Positions 22,259-33,448 of a DNA stretch of 33,448 nucleotides are shown one piece after another. The notes beneath the pieces are model-generated. The model was not told where the DNA came from and made no database searches. It saw only the letters and a list, made by a program, of their open reading frames with translations. This stretch comes from Phoronis australis (lineage: Eukaryota; Animalia; Phoronida). The translations under genes and the position numbers were made by a program. Position 1 is the first letter of the stretch. Each line of letters opens with the position of its first letter. The DNA is taken from the NCBI GenBank assembly GCA_002633005.1, contig NMRA01000262.1:552635-586082 (forward strand). Direction: 5' to 3'.

Positions 22259-25191
22259 AAAGCTAGGCAACACGCTGCCCCTCTGTTGGATGGTTAGGGG
22301 CTACAATACTTCCCATCACTTTTTGTACGTATTTCGTTTCACGAATTTTAAACGGGCGGTAGGCCAAATCCAGCCACCGATTTTGAGTTTTTACCTTGTC
22401 AAAAATACATTCTGCACTTAAAACTACCACTTAAAAAGCGCTTAGTTTCTTCAGTGGTCCTTTCTACTTCGACACATATCTTCGATGAAGCTTAGTTACG
22501 AGAATTAAGGTGACTTTGGCGAAGAATTCCAACTCCACTTTTTTGGTCATTGTTAACTTTACCACTATGCGCGCGATAACCTCAAAGTATTTCAACTGAG
22601 TCACGTGAGTTAGACAAAGGCTAGCGCGAGACATAACGTGGAGTTGTCGTGAGGACTCGATTGGGACCTCAGGGGTCTCGCGCTCCACCGGCTTATCTAC
22701 ACTAATTTGAAAAGGCTTTGTCCAGTTAAGTGTTGTGGGTCATAAATCAAGATAATGATACCAACAGGTGACGCAACAAGCAGAACTACTTTCGTTTTTT
22801 TCATTGGTGTACTAACTGGAGAAATTTAGAATTAGACTAGTCTTTTAAACACTATCCAATCGTGAACTTTTTTTGGGAGACTTAAATCTCAATGTAGTTT
22901 GCGTAAAGACGATGCGCGATTTTGAGAGGTGTATTGACGATGATCAATGTTAAAACAGAGAGCAAATAAGTGCGTAGTTGATCATCCAATCGGTAGCTTT
23001 GCGAGAAAGCAACGACCTTGCGGAAACTGAATAACAGAAAACCTTGAAAATCATTATAAGCGAGAAAGAGAAAACAAATATTTTCTGATGTTTAGGCTCA
23101 TTAACTTTGAGGAAACGAAACGTCGCTAATATGTTCGTTTTCTCTTGCGCGCTCATAATCAGATTCCTATAACTGTTATGGCCAAAAACCTAGTTTGGAA
23201 ACATCTACACTAAAATCTTGATGGTATAATATTTTGCCAGCGACCATACACGGTATAAAAATGAATGAAAAGCTGAATTAGGCAAAACTTGATTTGATGG
23301 AATTCGCGTCATGGAACGCGTAAATATCGCCATCATCTTCATGTCAAAATTGCCAACTAAAACTCGAGGGGGAGGGCATGAACCTTAATATCCTGGTACG
23401 CGTTTTCGTTTACGAACTTCAAAAATAGAGCATAGTGGAGTGTTTGAAGGAACCAAAATCCATCCAAGTCGAAGTGGCCATAATGGAGCGATATGGAGAT
23501 TTAAAATGACGTGATTTATCCATTTTTTCAGTTGCTGTGTACCTAAATTAACAGGCACAGAAAAAATGACTTACCGTACGACTTTCTGAAACACACCTCA
23601 GCGAAATCGTCTAAGAAAAAAGCCCCTCTTGCCACCTAAAACGTACAAAAACAACCAAAGCGCACAACGCGTCGCTTGCCTGAAAAAGTAACTCTCGCTT
23701 GTTTTTTGTGGTTTGACATATGATGTGTACCCATATTTTTGGTCGTGGCCCCCTACAACTGGCTACTACTTCAAATGTCGCGTATATATTGACGAGGTCC
23801 AACTTTAACTGCCCCACCGGTTCCCTGGGTTTCATGTTTTGTAATTCAAAATGATTGCATAAACTTAAGAATAAATGCGAGTTACAGGCACAGCGTTCAA
23901 AAAGAGTAAGAAAACAAAACCCAGCGACATACGGTCACCTCGCTTTAACAATGCATTGTGTGCATTCCACATAGGCCACTCCTCAGATTAGTGCTTTCGC
24001 AATGAAAATAACAGTAAGATTTCCGAGTAGTGTAATATATATTGTACATGAGAATTTCAAACGTTAAAATGACTAGTTGTTCATACTATGGGAAATGCAA
24101 TAAGGGAAACAGGCACTAGCAATAATAAACTCTTCAGTATAAATATTACACCTCATAGGATGAGCAAAACATGCACTAAGTACTGTTGAGATAACCTACT
24201 GAGATCTTTGAAACTAACAATTATAAACTCTGCAATATAAACAATACAATTTATACAATGAACATGTAACAAATATGCACACCCAAATAGTGTTACATAT
24301 AATCTCTGATAAGATCATCCATGAGTATGAATCCCTCAGTGTAAACAATAACTCACATGGTGAGCAAAATATTTAAAGTGGGTCTTAACTACAACATAGG
24401 AACCTTCAAAATTTGTATCATAGCAGTACAAGGCTCTACTACTTAACAAAACACCATAAGTGATACTGCTGAGATCACTACCTTCACGAGGAAAAGTTAT
24501 CAATATAAAAATATATGTAACATGAGCTTGAGCAAAGTACCGGTAGGTGCACAATACTGCTATCCCTGGTGGAACCAGTCACTGAAAACCGCAATAAATT
24601 GCACACCTCACAAGATCACAATGATATGTATACAAGAATTTGCTTTTCAAGATCAACCATGTGGAAATGACAGGGTCATTGCAGAATTTTGTAAAAAATC
24701 TGCATTTCAGCCTAAAAAACAATCATTTTCAAAACCACACCAGGAGTCACTGAATAAAAATACTAACGAGAGCGCTTGGAGGTGCGACACTTGGCGGAAT
24801 TAATTGAAAAGACGACAATGGGGAGGACGACGACAATCATGACGATCAAGGCGGCAATTATGAATAACACGATAACATTCATGTGACTAGCGAAGAAATC
24901 AAATAGAGAGCATACAATCAACTAAAATAAAGAACAATAGATGGTGCAACATGACGGACGAGCCATGCTTTGTTCCCACATTCCAAAATAGGTGGCGCTA
25001 CGTGACAGTCTGCAGAGCAAAGTTATGTTTACAATATTTGGCGTGGAATTCCAGTCTACAGTAGGACAGTGCTGGCTGGGTCAGTCGGGGTCAACTTGGC
25101 ATAACCAAAACAATGTGAACTGAAAGCCAGCAGCTGCGTGTTTGCATAGGTGACCGGAGGAACAACGGTATCCGAAAATCTCGAATAATTC

Positions 25192-27298
25192 AAAAAGTAG
25201 ACGTTATAGCGCAAAATGGGAAATATTTTCTGGAAGCTTGTTCAAAACTCTATCTAAAGTGATAGTTAAACAAAAATTAAAAAAAATTCGAAAAAATTGA
25301 AAATTTGCCGGGATTTTTTGAAATTCAAAGTCAAATAACTCGAAAATGGTAAGTCTGAGAAATACGCTCTCGCAGACTTTTTGAAAGGCCATACTGAAAG
25401 GAATCCACATGCAAAAATAACCACGTCATTTGCTCTTCCCGTTAAAAACGCGACAGCAGAACGATTGAAACCGTGTGAACATGCGCCACAGCCGCCATCT
25501 TGAAAGTGATTTCCGGTTCAATAAACTTTTATAAAAGCTTATTAAACTCAACAAACACGTGACCAGTTTGGAAGTGATTGGTTTGCAAATGCGCCCTCTA
25601 CAAGAGAAAACGTTTTTTGGCTATATTTCGGGGTGCGCATGCACCACTTCCAATATTTCCGTCATCTTTGACCGGAAACGATTTTCAGCACACTTGTTGC
25701 ACTTTCGTTCTAGTATAATCGTACCGATTTTCAGCCATGTACGTCGAAAAATGCGGCCTATACAAGCATTTGAGTGTGAAATCTGATACAAAATGGCCGC
25801 CACGTCCGCCATTTTGTAACCGATCATGAAGAAAAACTATAGGCTTTCAGGACTTTCGGATCTACACGTCGTGTGCAAATTTCATGAAAATCGGACGAAA
25901 ATTGCGACCTGTAGAGTGCGAACAAACAAAAAAAACTTGCTGTCAGACCAACATACTTGGCGGAANAACGGTTTAGGAGATACAGCCATAGGCGCAAAAA
26001 AAACAAAACTGCCACTAGGAGGCGCCACAGTAGTCGAAATCGTCGGAAAATCATCGTCAACCGTCCTCTACATAGTAAGCACATACATGCCAATTTTCAC
26101 AATCATCCTTTGAGCGGTTTGGTTGATAGAGGGGTGGAAGCACAAAAACAGACTCGAAAACAGTAAAAATGGCCACTAGGTGGCGCAAACTATGTCGAAT
26201 CCATCCGAAAACGGCAGGATAGCATCATCTCACTACTAGGTGCTTACATACCAAATTTCATGAAAATCCGTTCAGGACTTTTGAAGATACAATGGTAAGC
26301 GTAAAAAACTAAAATTGCCACTAGGGGGCACACCGGTAGTCGGATCCGTTCGAAAGTTCGCACATGCCGTCCCATTCATGAATGGAACATATGTGCCAAA
26401 TTTCATGAACGTATGTCAAAGGGTTTTGGAGATAGAGCAGCGGACGCCGCCCGGACGGACGGACGGACAGAGATGACGGCATAATGCGTCCACATATAAA
26501 TATGTGGGCGCATAAAAAGTAGACGTTATAGCGCAAAATGGGAAATATTTTCTGGAAGCTCGTTCAAAACTCTATCTAAAGTGATAGTTAAACAAAAATC
26601 AAAAAAAAATCGAAAAATTGAAAATTTGCCGTTTTTTTTGAAATAACTCGAAAACGGTAAGTCTGAGAAATACGCTCTTGCAGACTTTTTGAAAGGCCAT
26701 ACTGAAAGGAATCCACATGCAAAAATAACCTCGTCATTTGCTCTTCCCGTTAAAAACGCGACAGCAGAACGATTGAAACCGTGTGAACATGCGACACAGC
26801 CGCCATCTTGAAAGTGACTTCCGGTTCAATAAACTTTTATAAAAGCTTATTAAACTCAACAAACACGTGACCAGTTTGGAAGTGATTTGTTTGCAAATGC
26901 GCCCTCTACAGGAGAAAACGTTTTTTGGCTATATTTTGGGGTGCGCATGCACCACTTCCAATATTTCCGTCATCTTTGACCGGAAGTCAATGATTTTCAG
27001 CACACTTGTTGCACTTTCGTTTTAGTATAATCGTACCGATTTTCAGCCATGTACGTCGAAAAATGCGGCCTATACAAGCATTTGAGTGTTAAATCTGATA
27101 CAAAATGGCCGCCACGTCCGCCATTTTGTAACCGATCATGAAGAAAAACAATAGGCTTTCAGGACTTTCGGAACTACACGTCGTGTGCAAATTTCATGAA
27201 AATCGGACGAAAATTGCGACCTGTAGAGTGCGAACAAACAAAAAAAAAAACTTGCTGTCAGACCAACATACTTGGCGGAAGAATTCCGCCAAGTAAAA
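25192..27298 (+). mobile_element. Tandem non-autonomous Helentron-type (HINE/DINE-like) elements
   Basis: ~775-bp near-identical duplication (25192-25965 vs 26514-27280). Terminal hairpins ATGCGTCCACATAT-AA-ATATGTGGGCGCAT (26484-26513) and TACTTGGCGGAA-GAA-TTCCGCCAAGTA (27269-27295), each followed by an A-run. (GGAC)n at 26453-26468; ~150-160-bp internal tandem repeats at 25967-26440. Confidence 0.75.
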
Positions 27299-29827
27299 AA
27301 GACAGTATGTAATTCACTTCATGGGATGTAAACAATAAGTATCCTAAACTGAAAAGATCAGTCATCCAAGGGTTGAGGAATATTCAAAATAAATACACTG
27401 GTTAAGCAATAAACTAGTAATAACAATAACGGATACATGTCGCAATAAATACACCCCAAGTTTTTAGGAGCAAAACTAGCATTTCAAGCTCAACAATGTG
27501 GAAACCACACAAGCAGCTTACACATTTCCAAACCACACAGGCAATACTGATGTGGTACATGAATGAGGTGCACATCTGGAGAAAAAGTAAAATATTCTCC
27601 CTAGTTGTGAATGTCCTAGCTGTATGAAGCATCCAGGTCATTCACTGAATACCAGGCACATATCTGTGCTAAATATTAAACCAAACAATCAAGGTGTATA
27701 CTGGACTGGATTGTTTTGTAAACAAAAGTCCAGAGTGAACAATAGGGCCAGTTGTGTAGGACTAAGGGTTAGGCTAGTACTGGTATGCAGAATACAATGG
27801 CTTATCAATTATGTCATCAAGTTCAGTCAACAGAGAGTGCACTTTAGCAAGGGGGTTGGGGGGATCTATAGAAAACAAGGAAATGAAACATAAACAAATG
27901 TAAAGAAATGAGAACAAGGTAACAAAGACCTGGCTGCAGAATGCTGTCTCCACCTCTTATTAATAAAACTTAATTTAAAACAATGGCTTGACATTATTTC
28001 ATTTGCGAACACCATTCGAAAAATTCTGGATCAGACACTGGCATTGAACATCCCAGAATACCAATTCAATCCCACAACATCGGACTTGTTACAGTAAATC
28101 TACTTTACAAAGAACAAAAACAACATTGAAGGCACCATGGTAGATTTGTCCAGAGGTTTATTTTTCACAAAGAAACAATGTTTCTCTGACTTAAGATGTG
28201 GTACAAGTACATAGTCTGTACTTTCATGAACACGCAATCCCATTTATACAGCCAACAGCATGCGAGCATAAGTGATGATCAAAAATACTTTTCTTGTCCA
28301 GGTCCCGAGCCCGACATAGTCGATCGGCTCAGCCTCTTATGAATCACGGCTCGACGAGCTGGTCAAACTCAGACGGCCATCCAGGAAAACCGACGTGAAT
28401 TCCTGGCGCTGTCTTTTACTCCCCGCACAGTTACTTCCGCCCAATGGCTGTTTTCGTCAACTGCCTGCATTTTCTGTCCATCTTCCATTTTGAAATGGCT
28501 ACTTTTGAGTTGAGAGCAAAAACAACTATACAGCTATTCTCACGTGTTGTACTGGACTCACTGCTCACCACCATGTGGAGTTAGGTCCTTATGGACATAT
28601 GTTCACCAAACTGAAATTGCTGTTTACTGCTAAAATATAGCTAACGATTTTACTTATATTTCGATAATTTAACATGCAAATAGTTTAAAAATGACAATTA
28701 TAAGTGGATTTTGACGTCTTCCTTTGTTGACAGTGAAACCGCATTACCGCGTAGTAATCTTTTGTGACGATTCTCCAGTGTGCAGGGCTAGCCTGTACTG
28801 AAAGTGAAATATCTCGGCCAAAACTTCGATTTTCGTCGGAGAAAAACGCTTGTTTTCAGAATTTTATGAGGAATTAGTTGATGAATCTTTTACATGTCGT
28901 TGACAAAAAGGCGAAAATACAAACGCGCGAGTCACATTTCTTCAGGCAGCCCTATCACCAAACCATCAGCTTCACAGGCAATAAAATGTAATCGACTGAA
29001 TAGATCTGTCGACCACAGATCTACTCTGTGGTTTTTCTCTTGATCCCAGACCGTCCCCAGTTGTTCCAGCTGCCAACTCAGGACAGTCTCTTTGGAGGTT
29101 TTAGCGTTATGCTTAGCGAAGGGCGTGACGCTGGCACGTGACATTTGCAAAATAGCATGGGAAGGTATCAGGTGAAATTTGTAAGATTTGTGTCCCTTGG
29201 ACTTATTATTCGTCACATGCGTGATTTCACGTAAATTCCTCAAAATGGCACCCGGTAAGAGAAAGTCAAGCAAATTGCGACAGATTTTCGTCGATTAGTT
29301 CAAATTATCTTGACTGGATCGTCTCCAGACTTACGGCACGTGTTAATTATAGATTTTATTTCCTGTATTTTGGCATCCAGGGCAATGTAATTGCCTATAA
29401 CAAACCATTAGTAATTGTTCTTTTTTATTATTACCATTCACGGTGTCCTGCTCCAGCGTGTTCGCAACAAATCTGCAGTCAAAGCCAGTTTCATCCTCTA
29501 AATAACTGACCCGTTATTCAGTGATTGCCTGGTTCTCTAAATCAGGGTCAATTATATCCGACTAGTGCCAGCATTAACTCGTCTATCCCACATAAATTGA
29601 CGACTTGTCACGGAAAATCATGGCATCGATAACTCCACATTTTGCCAGACCATTTCGTAACCTTCCGTGCAATTGCCATCCTTCCGTAACTCATTGGATA
29701 ATTCCGTATCATCCTTGACCTTGAACCGACTCACAGACATTTCCTCTGTTTCTCTGAAGCTCCTTGACAGAGTTTTATGACATATGCGATGACAAGTTCC
29801 CGTTTTCGGATGGATTCAAATTATTTT

Positions 29828-29841
29828 GTGCCATCTACTGG
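29828..29841 (-). promoter_or_regulatory. CTCF-like motif upstream of SNAPC1
   Basis: Minus strand CCAGTAGATGGCAC fits the CTCF core CCASYAGRKGGCRS. Confidence 0.4.
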
Positions 29842-30118
29842 CCATTTATGTGATACAAAAAACACCCCTAGAAGCTCACCATTTGCGGTGCATTTGTGGG
29901 CGCATTTCACCGCACCACGTTGCTCTTGTAGTCTTTGATACATGTTTCGATAAAGCTTTTGTGTGAATATTTTTAAGACGCTTTGTTATGAACACCATAA
30001 CTATGCCATTGATTAGGCTAGTTAGTACATTTAATCACTCGTAATGACAGAAAGGGAACACATTTCTAACTACAAAATTGTCAATACCCCTATATTTGTT
30101 CTAGGTTTCAAATCAAAC

Positions 30119-30280
30119 ATGAGTAATATTACTGCTGGCGTTCGGACTGACTTTGAAAACATCCTAAAGGAATTCTCAAAGACAGACAGTGTTCGATACG
30201 AGTGCTTCCTGGAGGTATGGCGTGCTATGAAGGTACCCCAAATTTTCTGTGGTCGACCTATTCAAAGGGAACTTCAACAG
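30119..30280 (+). CDS. SNAPC1: SNAPC1 (snRNA-activating protein complex subunit 1, SNAP43) first coding exon
   Basis: MSNITAGVRTDFENILKEFSKTDSVRYECFLEVWRAMKVPQIFCGR... matches the SNAPC1 N-terminus (TD.E.LL..F..TDSVRF..F...WR.MK...IFCGR). Acceptor ttctag at 30104 suggests an upstream UTR exon; donor CAG|GTAATT at 30281. Confidence 0.93.
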
Positions 30281-30487
30281 GTAATTTTCTACTTGAGACA
30301 TTTGGGCATTTAGGCAAATATTTACAAAACTGTAGAATTAGAGCACTAGCCAAAAGTATTTGAACAAAATGACCCATAATTCCCCATCATGACGGCTGCA
30401 TGTTCTCTCATGACAAAGAATGAAGGGGAATTAACAGGGAAGTTAGTATGGTGGTTAAGCCATTCTGTATTTCGAATTTTTCTACCC

Positions 30488-30612
30488 ATATTGGCTATTA
30501 ACATATATGTATGGACTATTAACAGTTAATTGAGTCTTATCAGTCATATTGGCTGTTAACATTCGCATATTGAATATTAACAGTCATATTGGTTGTTAAC
30601 ACTCATTAACTA
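30488..30612 (+). repeat. Degenerate short tandem repeat (CATATTGGCT(A/G)TTAACA core)
   Basis: About 5-6 variants in the SNAPC1 intron. Confidence 0.65.
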
Positions 30613-30811
30613 TTAAAAGAACTAGCAGTCGTAATGGGAAGACTGAATTTTTATGAAGACTTGTCTTGCACTGTATTTATTAAAAGGATATTTCACGAGA
30701 GAAGAAAATCTTTAAATTTGTAATAACTCAGCCATTAATTGGTGCACATGCCACATGACCATGTTGACTTTTCAGTAAAATTTTGTAAGGTATGTGGCTT
30801 GTTCTTAATGC

Positions 30812-31235
30812 ATGCTATTAACCCACATGTTCTTTAATGCAGGTTATCCACACGTTCCTTAATACATGCTCGTAATGCAGGCCATATACCCACATATTCC
30901 TAACGCAGGCCTTATACTCACATGCTCCTAATGCACGCCATATACTCACATGTTCCTAATGCAGGCCATATACCCACATGTTCCTAATGCAGACCATATG
31001 CCCACATGTTCCTAACGCAGGCTATATTACCCACATATTCCTAACGCAGGCCATATACTCACATGTTCCTAATGCAGGCCATATACTCACATGTTCCTAA
31101 TGCANATACCCACATGTTCCTAATGCAGGCCATATACTAACATGTTCCTAATGCAGGCCATATACTCACATGTTCCTAATGCAGGCCATATACCAATGTG
31201 TTCCTTAATGCCAGCCATATGTCCACATGCTCCTC
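30812..31235 (+). repeat. Minisatellite, 28-bp unit (TATACTCACATGTTCCTAATGCAGGCCA), ~14 copies
   Basis: Directly visible 28-bp period (e.g. 30941, 30969); an n at ~31105 suggests the array may be collapsed. Confidence 0.95.
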
Positions 31236-32965
31236 AATTATTGCTTGAAGTGATTTTTATGCACCCTCATGTACAGTGTGTATAATCTAATAATAAAGTG
31301 TGTATGTATCACACAGACGTTGGCGAAGCAGTGTTCCCGCCAATGAGATACATGTAAATAAGGTCCCCGTGGTCTTAGCTCAGTTACATATGCGGGCGTT
31401 TATTTGACAATTTATAGACACTGGAAACGGAGCAACTTTGACTAAAGATTAATAGATTCACACTCTGTTTTAAATGGCTTGAAAATTCTTAACATTTCGT
31501 CTAGAATACAATTTAGGCTAGTAAATAGAATGTCAGTAGGGAGACATAAATATATATTTACAACATGAATATTTTTAATATATACTGCACAACAAACTAG
31601 GACATGAATTTTTGCTTTTCACAAAGACTGTTTTAACTTGACACTGGGCAACATCGCTTAGCCGATTCGGACGCACAGCATATAAAGGTGTGCCGGGAGG
31701 AAGGTAAGTGGGCTATAGGTTCACAGAAAAAATTGTTGCCGTGAACCCTGGATCTGACTTAGAAACACAACGGTCTCATCACCGGTGCTTATTAAATTAT
31801 CTGTTAATCCAATATACAAAGCGTGACACTGGCGATTACGCGAAGTCAGAGAACATACATTCAGTGAAACCGCTATCAACCGTGGCAAATATTTTGAGTC
31901 TGATTACAACTGCTAAGAAAATGTGTGAGATATACACAAACCATCCACATTGCTAACTATGAACTGCGACATCTGTCAATACATTACACCGGTGGCAGTT
32001 TTAAGTGATGTGTAAATAATCACCGTTACTTGATGAACTTCCACATTTACATTCAACCACCGATTATGCGAAAAAGCGCACCGTCCAAAATGTGAGAATT
32101 ACAGCCAATGATGCTAAAATTAACTTTTATGAAATTTGAAAAATATGGCAAGTGCCGTATTCGATCATGTCCCAAATTTCACAATCAAAACAATTCAGTT
32201 TGGGGTTGGATTTAGGTGTCTGAAATTCAGGAGGCTGTCGTAAATTTAGGAATTTTTGCTGTACCATTAAAACCCGTAGAGCCTATTACTCATTCATAAT
32301 AAACAAAAAGGTCAAGACCTTGACAATGTTCTATAAATTTATTTTATTCATTTTGTTCATAGCGGGTATATAACTTTCGGTGGAAATGTACAGTCATGCA
32401 AGCTACGTTTTAAACAGTGCAAGGCAGGGATTTTTGCACTTTAACCTTTGTTTATAAAATGGTAGTTGACAAGGCAAAGAACCATGCTTTGTAAAATCGC
32501 TTTCACCTGAACACCAAACAGAACTGATTGTAAGGACAATTCTAAACTATGTCCAACAGCATCTACGAGCCAGTTATTACATTAGTCCAAAACAGTGAGC
32601 AGCGTTACAAGACTTGTCTTGTTTTGGGGCAAAAAATTGGACTAAAGATGTGACTGTAATGGCCATTTTTTGAATTACGTTTACAGAGCTCTAGTTTAGT
32701 GGCTTGTGGCTGAAATCTGAAACAAGATGGTTCTTAGGCAGAAATTGTGATATTTTCTGCCGTTGCCAATGCCAGTATCTTACTCATTGTCAATAGGTCT
32801 GTACCCTTGTTTTCATTCTCAACCTTAATTCTAAGTTCTTAATTCAATCTCTTCTAGTGGCTCTCTTCATGGCGCCTTCATTATTACTTTTTAATCAGTT
32901 TCTGTCATCTACCTCAGTCTCTACACATCAAACTTCTCAAAGGATCATTTTAAAAATGGCAGTTA

Positions 32966-33052
32966 TGTTCCTGCCCAGATGTCTGCAGGTGAAGTGTTCC
33001 TGCCCAGATGTCTACAGGTGAAGCGTTCCTGCTCAGACGTCTACAGGTGAAG
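32966..33052 (+). repeat. Minisatellite, 29 bp x3 (TGTTCCTGCCCAGATGTCT(G/A)CAGGTGAAG)
   Basis: Copies start at 32966, 32995 and 33024. Confidence 0.9.
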
Positions 33053-33161
33053 TTGGCATTCAGATGAGCCCAACTACTCTGGCATCCTCTAGTGCCTATT
33101 TTGTGTTTTAGCTGTATCTTTTACGGTGGAAGTTTCATATCCAGATGATATCATTTTGCAG

Positions 33162-33299
33162 TTTACTGAGGACTGTTTGCGCATAGCAGTTAGCTTGTGG
33201 ATGCCTCCTAAGCCTCCTAATGACTTGCTGCAGAGAGTCGGTGCACTCTATCTCCTTTATGGACTTTACAATACCCAGCTGTTGACAATCAAGGCAAAG
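33162..33299 (+). CDS. SNAPC1: SNAPC1 second coding exon
   Basis: Acceptor ttttgcag; FTEDCLRIAVSLWMPP...QRVGALYLLYGLYNTQLLTIKAK carries the conserved RVGALYLLYGLYNTQ motif; donor AAG|GTAGGT; phase 0 on both sides. Confidence 0.93.
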
Positions 33300-33448
33300 G
33301 TAGGTGTGAATTAGAGTTCAATGTGTTGTGATATCCCCATGCCCTGCTGTAGTCCATCTCCCAAGTGATACATTTAATGACGGACTGTGCCAGTTGCGAT
33401 TTAAATAGCGCAATCCCATTTTGTGGGCTCTGTACAATAGAGGGAGCT

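Noticed and set aside
22295-23755. DNA transposon bounded by TAGGGGCTAC / GTGGCCCCCTA
   Set aside because: Only a ~10-bp imperfect match, with no clear TSD or coding relic.
28290-29273. Minus-strand ORFs (MEDGQKMQAV..., and the 113-aa ORF 28932-29273) as a gene
   Set aside because: No recognisable domain, an early stop in the first, and no consistent splice structure.
30812-31235. CRISPR-like array (also 12953-13053, 3514-3818, 32966-33052)
   Set aside because: The units are head-to-tail with no unique spacers, in a spliced eukaryotic context; these are minisatellites.
1519-33299. Functional linkage between MOCS3, SNAPC1 and the Pol III-type TRIM
   Set aside because: The shared tRNA/snRNA/Pol III theme is suggestive, but adjacency in an animal genome does not imply co-function, and SNAPc acts on PSE-type rather than A/B-box promoters.

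Overview
Animal (probably invertebrate) genomic DNA, AT-rich, intron-rich and dense in transposons, with an N gap at about 19901-20033. Two host genes are partly present on the + strand. One is the last three coding exons of MOCS3/UBA4 (rhodanese domain; 1519-1609, 4144-4236, 4639-4793), where one intron has minor-spliceosome (U12) signals at both ends. The other is the first two coding exons of SNAPC1 (30119-30280, 33162-33299). Most of the rest is nested mobile DNA: a CR1-like LINE 3' end, a Gypsy 3' end with its LTR, a Kolobok-like element, a decayed Academ-like transposon, several MITEs, Helentron-type (HINE) repeats and minisatellites. The most unusual structure is a complete ~790-bp non-coding LTR retroelement (TRIM, 18849-19640, minus strand). 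Its ~150-bp LTRs contain a tRNA-like Pol III promoter, and it has a tRNA-Ser primer-binding site, a polypurine tract and a 4-bp target-site duplication. This fits the Helenus type of tRNA-LTR TRIM, and more copies of its LTR lie nearby. All calls come from reading the sequence by eye; no searches were run.
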